NCBI GenBank assembly: GCA_020252385.1
Contig: JADCDC010000149.1
Location: 1-62,873 of the forward strand
Direction: 5' to 3'
DNA length: 62,873 bases
From: Aestuariivirga sp.
Lineage (GTDB): Bacteria; Pseudomonadota; Alphaproteobacteria; Rhizobiales; Aestuariivirgaceae
Below are positions 17,115-23,541 of the stretch, piece by piece. The position numbers and the translations under genes were made by a program. Each line of letters begins with the position of its first letter. Within the stretch, counting starts at the first letter, position 1. The notes beneath the pieces are model-generated. The model saw nothing but the letters and a program-made list of their open reading frames with translations, searched no databases and was not told where the DNA came from.

Positions 17115-17612
17115 ATGGCGGTTAATGGCATTGGGCGGCCCCATTCGTTCCGGCCGGAAGTCGGAGACGCGATTTGCGAGCGGCTAGTCAATGGCGAGTC
17201 GCTGCGGGCTATCTGCCGGGATCCTGAAATGCCGTCCGTTGGCGTGGTGCTTCGTTGGGTAGCTGAAGGCGATATCCAAGCGGATGAAAGCGGGAAGGGG
17301 ATGAGCGAAGCACATGCCGCCTTGCGCCGATTCCGCGAACAATACTTGCGCGCTCGCCAGGAACAAGCTGACGTCCTAGCCGATGAGATAATCGATATCG
17401 CTGACCGCGCCACGGATCCGCAGATTGCCCGGCTGCAAATCGACTCGCGCAAGTGGTACGCCGGCAAGGTGCGTCCGAAGGTCTACGGCGAGGGCATTGC
17501 GCTTCGCCACACGGGCGCGGATGGCGCCGGCGCCGTGCAAGTCGACGTCACGGCTAAGTCAGCCCTTGTCGACGGGATCCTAGACGCAATGAAAAAGGCG
17601 CCCGGCCAATAG
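17115..17612 (+). CDS. terS: Terminase small subunit
   Basis: GRP...ICERLVNGESLRAICRDPEMPS...LRW...LADEIIDIAD...RLQIDSRKWYAGKVRPKVYG (Sf6-like TerS pattern). Confidence 0.88.
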   Translation: MAVNGIGRPHSFRPEVGDAICERLVNGESLRAICRDPEMPSVGVVLRWVAEGDIQADESGKGMSEAHAALRRFREQYLRARQEQADVLADEIIDIADRATDPQIARLQIDSRKWYAGKVRPKVYGEGIALRHTGADGAGAVQVDVTAKSALVDGILDAMKKAPGQ

Positions 17613-17621
17613 ACCGGGCGC
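17592..17621 (-). terminator. Intrinsic terminator between convergent genes
   Basis: GGCGCCCGG-8 nt-CCGGGCGCC followed by a T-run on the minus strand. Confidence 0.7.
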
Positions 17622-17650
17622 CCTGGGGGCTTCCTGCTAGGTGCTAGCGG

Positions 17651-18046
17651 TTAGGCGCGCGGCCCTGACGTCCAAGCGGACGTTGCGACGCGCAGAGGGT
17701 GCATTCTCGCCAGCCGGTCAAAGAATGCCTCAGACGCTCGCGTCAGGTTGGCCATAGCCAAGGCGTTGTCAGGGTCCGCCGCGAATAGCACATGAACGCG
17801 CCCGCCGTCGTCTGATAGGCCAATCTCGAAATGCCAGTTGCGCGCAACGCCGGAAATGTCGCGGCGCCCCTCGCCTTGCCAATCGCTGGACTTCCAAAAC
17901 GTCTTAGCCGCGCACGCCAAAACGTCCGCCGTCAGATCCTGCCATGCGTATTCGCGCAGGTCGCCGTCTTCGGAATCGTCCAGCGTGTCCCAGTCAATCA
18001 TGACGTGCGCGCGATAGTCGCGGCCCCATGCGTGCCCTTGTCCCAT
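17651..18046 (-). CDS. Hypothetical protein
   Basis: ACAGGAGA SD; ends ATSAWTSG. Confidence 0.75.
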   Translation of the reverse strand: MGQGHAWGRDYRAHVMIDWDTLDDSEDGDLREYAWQDLTADVLACAAKTFWKSSDWQGEGRRDISGVARNWHFEIGLSDDGGRVHVLFAADPDNALAMANLTRASEAFFDRLARMHPLRVATSAWTSGPRA

Positions 18047-18146
18047 AGCCTCATTCTCCTGTTTGGCTAGTTAGTCCTACGCCAAAGGGTCCGCACGCGC
18101 GTGGCGCCGGACCCTGAAGGCGGTTCGCCCGCTATGTGGCGCGCGG

Positions 18147-18428
18147 CTAGTCCACAAACCGCCAGTAGCCGCCGCCCTTGCCGTGCGCGTAGGGTAACAG
18201 TTGTTCCGTCCGCCCGTCAGGGTGACGCACCGTCACGGTGGGGTCGAGTCTGCCGACGGTGCGCGCCTCTTCCAGCGCGCGCGCCTTGGCTGTCTGGCGA
18301 GTCTGGCGATAGCCGAAAATGCCGCCGTGCGTTTGACTTGTCGTTGCTGGCCATTCGACCACGAACGCGAAGTCGCCAAGGTGGCAGTTAGGCGCGCCTA
18401 GTTTCGTGCGACGGTATGCGGGCGTCAT
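18147..18428 (-). CDS. Hypothetical protein
   Basis: GGAG SD before MTPAYRRTK. Confidence 0.6.
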   Translation of the reverse strand: MTPAYRRTKLGAPNCHLGDFAFVVEWPATTSQTHGGIFGYRQTRQTAKARALEEARTVGRLDPTVTVRHPDGRTEQLLPYAHGKGGGYWRFVD

Positions 18429-18531
18429 GGCGTCATGCTCCAAGTTAGCTAGGCCACCATTGGCCCGGCGTCCTGATCCTTAGACACTATCTAGGCGCCC
18501 GACGCAAGCGGCTACTTGTATCCCGTCTAGT

Positions 18532-18624
18532 GCGGCGGATTGTCGCACCTAGCTGGCGGGCGGGTTGTCCTTATAGATGCACGCGAGACGGGCGCCCGGC
18601 GCGTGGCGTGCGACAATCCGCCGC
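18532..18624. repeat. Perfect 17-bp inverted repeat
   Basis: GCGGCGGATTGTCGCAC (18532-18548) and GTGCGACAATCCGCCGC (18608-18624). Confidence 0.9.
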
Positions 18625-18840
18625 GGCTGCTATGGGTTGACTAGCTGGCCAGGGTTAGGCTAGTGTCTTGGGGCTTGGCGGGCTTATAGCCCGGACCCCT
18701 ATACCCCACTTGGGAATGGCGGACGGGTGCTTGTATGGGCTCCGACAATTTTTCGGCAAAACCCTTAAAACTACTATTAAGGTCATTGTGCTGGCAGCGT
18801 TTTAGGGCTAGTCTGCCAACAGCAACAAGGAGAACGCTGC

Positions 18841-19347
18841 ATGGGACGCCCCCACAAGCTGAAAAGACCGCCCACCGAACGACCTGACGGCACCATCGAG
18901 ATCCACCTGACCAAGGGCTACACCGTCCTGATTGACCCCTGCGACCGCGAGTTGGCCCAACACAACTGGACCGCCCTCGCCGTAACCGACGGACATGTTT
19001 ACGCCGTTCGAGGGAAAGGTATCTTGCTGCACAGAGCCATCTTGCAGGTCGACAAGACCCTTGACGTAGACCACATCAACGGCAACACGCTGGACTGCCG
19101 CCGCCAAAACCTTCGCGCGGTCTCCGCGGCGGACAATCTCCGAAACCGGAAAATCAACCGCAACAACACAAGCGGCTTCGTGGGCGTGTCGTACGACAAG
19201 ACCAATGACAAGTGGATGGCTCGCTTGGCGCAAAAACGCCTCGGCGTGTACAAGACCGCCGAAGAAGCCAACGCCGCTAGGCTGGAGGCCGAAGCGCGCG
19301 AGTGGGGCATTCACCCTCGCCGGCAACAAGCCCACGACGCTATCTGA
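18841..19347 (+). CDS. Free-standing HNH-AP2 endonuclease
   Basis: LHRAIL..VDHINGNTLDCRRQNLR..NTSGFVGVS..KWMA..LGVYKTAEEA; AAGGAGA SD. Confidence 0.93.
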   Translation: MGRPHKLKRPPTERPDGTIEIHLTKGYTVLIDPCDRELAQHNWTALAVTDGHVYAVRGKGILLHRAILQVDKTLDVDHINGNTLDCRRQNLRAVSAADNLRNRKINRNNTSGFVGVSYDKTNDKWMARLAQKRLGVYKTAEEANAARLEAEAREWGIHPRRQQAHDAI

Positions 19348-19393
19348 TTTTTGCAACAGCCCACCATCAAAGGGCTAACAAGGAGACAACAAC

Positions 19394-19675
19394 ATGTCAG
19401 ACGCGCCCAGCGTCCCTCACCTCGCCCGACCCTGCGCGGTCTGGTTCCGCATCGGCGCGGACGGCGAGAACCGCAAAGCCATCCGCGCTCGCTACGACGC
19501 CGGCTCCATGACGATCACGAAAGGCCCGGCGCTGGCCGCCTGGCTGGCCGAGGCGCCTGAAGATCCCCTCCAAAACGTCCGCGACGCCTTCCTGGCGTTC
19601 ATGGCCCGGTGGCTCGTCGTGGATTCCGACGCCGACATCCCGACCGTCGTTGGTCGGACGCAGGTGGAGGACTGA
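19394..19675 (+). CDS. Hypothetical protein
   Basis: AAGGAGA SD. Confidence 0.7.
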   Translation: MSDAPSVPHLARPCAVWFRIGADGENRKAIRARYDAGSMTITKGPALAAWLAEAPEDPLQNVRDAFLAFMARWLVVDSDADIPTVVGRTQVED

Positions 19676-19679
19676 CCAG

Positions 19680-20420
19680 ATGCCCGACGTCCCCGACGAC
19701 TACTGGCTCCGCCGCGCCGGCCAGGTTGATGAACCGCCCGAGAGGCGCCAGCATCACACCTACAACCCCGTAGACGGCTACGGAGTGGTTCCCGACATGA
19801 AGTATCGCGAGTGGATCAGCTGGGATGGCGGCGAGTGCCCTGTGCAGCCTGACACGTGGGTCGAGGTCTATCCCCGGCAGGGCCTCGACCTGATTGGTAA
19901 GGCGAGCAGGTTCGACTGGCGGTCAAGAGACATCTTCCGCTACCGGCTTTGCGCTCGCAACGAGCACGAGGAAGCGGACGCCGGCTGGATCCCGCACGAC
20001 GGCGACACCTGCCCGGTAGACCCCGACACCTTCGTCCAGGTCGACCTGGGGGGTGTCACCCTCGTCCCAGACCGCGCTTCCGTGTTCGAGTGGCACACGG
20101 TCCAAGAATACCGCGTGATATCCAGCGAAGAGTTCCTGGCCGGCGCGTTCGGCTACCCGCTTGGCTACGACGACGACGACGAGGACGAGCCGCCCCTTGT
20201 TGACCCCGACGCACCGACCGACCACTACCGCCAGGGCGACATCGAGTGCATCGACGCGATCCGCGCGGCCCTGACCGACGAGGAGTGGCGCGGCTATTGC
20301 AAGGGCAGCGTGCTGAAATACGTCTGGCGCGAGAAGCACAAGGGCGGCGACGGCAGCCTGCTCAAGGCGCAGGACTACCTGCGCTGGGCTCTGGCGGGCA
20401 ATGCGGAGGACAAGCGATGA
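19680..20420 (+). CDS. DUF3310 (T7 gp1.7/SaV-like) protein with two N-terminal W..DG..CPV domains
   Basis: C-terminal HYRQGDIECIDAI...YCKGSVLKYVWR..K..LLKAQDYL. Confidence 0.85.
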   Translation: MPDVPDDYWLRRAGQVDEPPERRQHHTYNPVDGYGVVPDMKYREWISWDGGECPVQPDTWVEVYPRQGLDLIGKASRFDWRSRDIFRYRLCARNEHEEADAGWIPHDGDTCPVDPDTFVQVDLGGVTLVPDRASVFEWHTVQEYRVISSEEFLAGAFGYPLGYDDDDEDEPPLVDPDAPTDHYRQGDIECIDAIRAALTDEEWRGYCKGSVLKYVWREKHKGGDGSLLKAQDYLRWALAGNAEDKR

Positions 20421-20854
20421 CACCTGAAGAACTGGACAAGGCCACGGCGGATGAGGCGTGGCGACTACTGGAGGAGGGGCAGGACGTCGCCGTCATCGCC
20501 GCCCGCCTGGCCCGAGAGGGCTATAGACCGCCGGAGCCGGTTGATCCTGACCTGCTGGCATATCGGAAGTGGATGGCCGGTTCAGTTCCAGGTAGCGCCG
20601 CCCGGGAAAAGGTGCTTGCGGGCGAATGGGACCGCTACAGTGCCGCAACGGCATTTGTCCAAGGAGCCCGCATGGCCCGAGAGCGGGAGCAGGAACGGGC
20701 TCGGGTGCTGGTCGAACCTGCCGAGGCAATCGTCAACCGCGCCGTGCGTGGGACGGGCTCAAACGATCTCCGCTGGCCGCACATCCTCAAAGCCGCCCGG
20801 CGGCTGGAACAAGGCCTGACAGCCTACAAAGCCGGAAAGGAGGCCGCACAATGA
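20417..20854 (+). CDS. Hypothetical protein, MTPEELDK paralog A
   Basis: GGAGG SD; shares blocks with 20851-21156. Confidence 0.8.
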   Translation: MTPEELDKATADEAWRLLEEGQDVAVIAARLAREGYRPPEPVDPDLLAYRKWMAGSVPGSAAREKVLAGEWDRYSAATAFVQGARMAREREQERARVLVEPAEAIVNRAVRGTGSNDLRWPHILKAARRLEQGLTAYKAGKEAAQ

Positions 20855-21156
20855 CACCTGAAGAACTGGATAAGGTCACTGGCCGCGAAGCGTGGCGGCG
20901 GTGGCTGGAAAGCCGCGACTGTTCCGATGTCGCCCTTACCGTTGACGGTCTTCGCGAGGTCGCCACCATCGCGGCCCGTCTGCGCCGGGAGAGTTGGACT
21001 CCGCCGCCTGTTGATCCTGACCTACTGGCGGTCCGGAGGCTGCTTGCGGAGGAGTTCCCAACCATGGCGGCTCAGATGTTGGCAGGGGAGCGAGATCACA
21101 TTACGCTCAACCAGAGGTTTCTCGCAGGCTACAAAGCCGGAAAGGCCGCACAATGA
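20851..21156 (+). CDS. Hypothetical protein, MTPEELDK paralog B
   Basis: MTPEELDK, IAARL, PVDPDLLA, LAGE and YKAGK are shared with paralog A. Confidence 0.8.
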   Translation: MTPEELDKVTGREAWRRWLESRDCSDVALTVDGLREVATIAARLRRESWTPPPVDPDLLAVRRLLAEEFPTMAAQMLAGERDHITLNQRFLAGYKAGKAAQ

Positions 21157-21320
21157 CCTCTTGGCTTTTCGCCGCGCTACTTTTCGCTTGGATGTCCGGC
21201 GTACAAACGGCGGACGCTTTGAACGACCGACGGGACCGATGGAAAAACGCAGCCATTGCAGTCTCGTACCTGCTGGGCATGGCGGTTGCCGTTTACCGGA
21301 TGCAGGAGCCCACCCCATGA
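21153..21320 (+). CDS. Small membrane protein (55 aa)
   Basis: MTSWLFAALLFAW...AIAVSYLLGMAVAVY; ATGA overlaps at both ends. Confidence 0.6.
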   Translation: MTSWLFAALLFAWMSGVQTADALNDRRDRWKNAAIAVSYLLGMAVAVYRMQEPTP

Positions 21321-21664
21321 CCGACTGGATCGAACACACAACCGACACCTGCCCGGTAGACCCGGCGACGCTGGTGGAGGTGCTGCCAAGAGCAACCATT
21401 ATGATGGAGGCAGCAAAAGCTGGCGTATTTGGTCCTCGGTGGCGGCGTGGAGGCAAAAGCAGCATCACCCACTACCGCATCATCACCCCCGCCAAGCCCC
21501 CGGAGCCCGAGATGACCAAGCCCGAACCCGACTTCATCAACCTCCGTCTGGAGTGCCTGAAGCTGGCGGGCAAGGCCGTCCACGTCTCTGACCCTGACGA
21601 CTGGACGGAGTTTGCCGACGCCCTCCTCCACTACGTCCTCAACGGATCGGTGGACAAGGCGTGA
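21317..21664 (+). CDS. Hypothetical protein with a W..CPV domain
   Basis: MTDWIEHTTDTCPVDPATLVEV...ITHYRI; AGGAG SD. Confidence 0.75.
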   Translation: MTDWIEHTTDTCPVDPATLVEVLPRATIMMEAAKAGVFGPRWRRGGKSSITHYRIITPAKPPEPEMTKPEPDFINLRLECLKLAGKAVHVSDPDDWTEFADALLHYVLNGSVDKA

Positions 21665-21685
21665 GGCTTGGGGCAAAATCACAAC

Positions 21686-21898
21686 ATCCTTTCCTCCCCT
21701 GCCCGGGGTTTGGGATTTATCCGACGCCCGTAGGCGGGCACAGTATCCACCCCAGCGGTTTACCGTTGGGCCTCCCGGGGTTCCGGCCTCGGGCATATAC
21801 ACCGGCAAGCCACATCGGCACCGGAATGCGGACAGCCCGAAAATACTGGGTGGAGTCCGCCAAAGCGGGGCCGGGGGCAACCTCGGCCCTTGCTTTTT
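21686..21898 (+). ncRNA. Candidate structured ncRNA 1
   Basis: Promoter TGGACA-17-CAAAAT; multibranch stems, a possible pseudoknot and a terminator; no convincing ORF. Confidence 0.55.
21862..21898 (+). terminator. Intrinsic terminator, repeat copy 1
   Basis: GGGCCGGGG-GCAA-CCTCGGCCC-TTGCTTTTT. Confidence 0.85.
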
Positions 21899-21922
21899 GT
21901 GGTGGGGTGGGGCATATGATGC

Positions 21923-22040
21923 GGGTGTGCTGAGGGAAACGGTCACTGGTTCGCCACACCCCCTTCAGACGAGAAACGTTCCACCTGCCATGCGTAGGAT
22001 GGGCATTCGGGGCCGGGGGAAACCTCGGCCCTTGCTTTTT
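21923..22040 (+). ncRNA. Candidate ncRNA 2
   Basis: Between terminator copies 1 and 2; GGGTGTG/CACACCC and CTGAGGG/CCCTTCAG complementarities. Confidence 0.45.
22009..22040 (+). terminator. Intrinsic terminator, repeat copy 2
   Basis: GGGCCGGGG-GAAA-CCTCGGCCC-TTGCTTTTT. Confidence 0.85.
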
Positions 22041-22239
22041 GCGCTATCCAGCTTGCCCACACGCTCGAATGTGCGGCCATGCGACAGCTACGACGTATAA
22101 CCTCCAGCTTATGCGCCGGGCCTGCGGCCATAACTTGTGTGTGTTATGAAACCCCCATCCGTGAGCCACAAGCCGGTTTGCGTGTCATGCGTGAGCCACA
22201 AGCCCGTTGACACCCGCGTGGATCTGGCGCCACATGCCG

Positions 22240-22400
22240 TCACACCCCACCTGGACCTTTCTGGAGACCACGGGCGACGGGACTTAGAGGCCAGGGCAGC
22301 GCCGCAAGGCGTCAACGCGGGCCGGGAGCGGGGTATTCATAGACCCGTAATGCCTTGGAAGTCGCCGCAGGGCCGGGAGCAATCCCGGCCCTTGCTTTAT
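22240..22400 (+). ncRNA. Candidate structured ncRNA 3
   Basis: TTGACA at 22207; GGCGAC/GTCGCC closing helix and GCGCC-GCAA-GGCGT hairpin; ends at terminator copy 3. Confidence 0.5.
22369..22400 (+). terminator. Terminator copy 3, whose tail overlaps the next -35
   Basis: AGGGCCGGGA-GCAA-TCCCGGCCCT-TGCTTT; TTGCTT-17-TAGGGT (22392-22420). Confidence 0.8.
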
Positions 22401-22488
22401 GCGCCGGCAGGCGGTAGGGTCTCACGTCAACGGGCCAATGGTGGCCAGTTACAGTTTGGGCCGATAAGTGGCCCGAGGAGACTGCACA

Positions 22489-22827
22489 ATGACTGAACCA
22501 GACGAGGCTATTCTGTGGGCGAGGGAGCGCGCCGCGAGGTGGCAGGACGAAAACGGCGGCGAGGCTGGCCCCAGCTATCGGAGCGGCAAGCTGGACTTCC
22601 TTCTCGGTGAGGAGGTTGAGGGCTACCGCGCCGGTCAGGCCGCATCCGCAGAGAGGATTAAGGCGCTGGAGGAGGTGCTGCGGGAGGGTCTCACTGCTGT
22701 AGCCGCAGCTTACCTACAGGGAACCAACGAAGCTATCCATAACGACCGAACAGACCATAAACATGACCGGATTGTCGTAGCATGGAAGGCCGCCGTCCGC
22801 GCTCTGCTCAAGGAGGCTGACCAGTGA
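22489..22827 (+). CDS. Hypothetical protein
   Basis: GAGGAG SD; PDEAILWARE..YRSGKLD..GYRAG, distantly like the MTPEELDK pair. Confidence 0.75.
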   Translation: MTEPDEAILWARERAARWQDENGGEAGPSYRSGKLDFLLGEEVEGYRAGQAASAERIKALEEVLREGLTAVAAAYLQGTNEAIHNDRTDHKHDRIVVAWKAAVRALLKEADQ

Positions 22828-23000
22828 ACCCCGACAACAGGCCCCTTATCGAGCGTGTGCGCGCCCTCGCCAACCGCTTTGACGCAATGGCTATAGGTGC
22901 ACAGAAGATGGCTACACGCTCGCTTCAAGACGCTGAAAACCATCGCCGGGATGCGCGGACCCTGCACGACGCCGCCGATGCTCTCAAGAAAGGAGGCTGA
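22824..23000 (+). CDS. Small hypothetical protein (58 aa)
   Basis: AAGGAGG SD, GTG start; NPDNRPLIERVRALA...DAADALKKGG*. Confidence 0.65.
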   Translation: MNPDNRPLIERVRALANRFDAMAIGAQKMATRSLQDAENHRRDARTLHDAADALKKGG

Positions 23001-23003
23001 CCA

Positions 23004-23375
23004 GTGAGTGACTGGATCAAACACGACGGCGGACCCCAACCGGTCGCGGACGACGTGTGGGTGGAACTCCAGGGCATCCACGATCCCGACCCTCTCTGGC
23101 ATGCCGAGGCGATTCGATGGGAAGGACGACCGTTTCTTTACCGCGTCCTCAACCAGCACCTGATCGACGCCGCCCGCCTGGAGGGTATCCGGCTAGGGCT
23201 GGAGGCTGCTGCGAGGGAGGCCGACAAGGGTTCGGATCGTCTAGCCGGTGAATGGCGAGAAGGGTTCAAGGCGGACAGCCACCTAGAGGGCCGGAGCGAC
23301 GGCATGGACGAAGCCGCCGAACTGATCCGAGCCCTAGACCCCGCTACCATCGCAAAGGAGGCTGACCGTGAGTGA
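23004..23375 (+). CDS. Hypothetical protein with a W..HDG..PV domain
   Basis: AAGGAGG SD; SDWIKHDGGPQPV..VWVEL..W..YRV. Confidence 0.78.
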   Translation: MSDWIKHDGGPQPVADDVWVELQGIHDPDPLWHAEAIRWEGRPFLYRVLNQHLIDAARLEGIRLGLEAAAREADKGSDRLAGEWREGFKADSHLEGRSDGMDEAAELIRALDPATIAKEADRE

Positions 23376-23541
23376 GCCACCCTTCACCCCCATCGACCCC
23401 GTCCGCTTCGCCGCCCGCCTGTTCCCCCGCTCTTACAGCCGCCCGTTCACAGACTGGATGGAGGCTACACGGCCACGGACGGACGTGAAGGAACGGGCCT
23501 ATTGCTGGCCGAACCTGACGAGGAAGGCTTCGTGGCGATGA
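23368..23541 (+). CDS. Small hypothetical protein (57 aa)
   Basis: AAGGAGG SD; stop overlaps the ATG of the C5 methylase. Confidence 0.5.
   Translation: MSEPPFTPIDPVRFAARLFPRSYSRPFTDWMEATRPRTDVKERAYCWPNLTRKASWR

Noticed and set aside
18765-18780. TTAA-N8-TTAA as a CtrA box
   Set aside because: The canonical box is TTAA-N7-TTAA; kept only as an unexplained palindrome.
21661-22496. Track ORFs, tRNAs or a hammerhead ribozyme in the ncRNA region
   Set aside because: The ORFs lack SD sites and cross terminators. I found no cloverleaf with a T-loop and no CUGANGA/GAAA core in the correct stem context.
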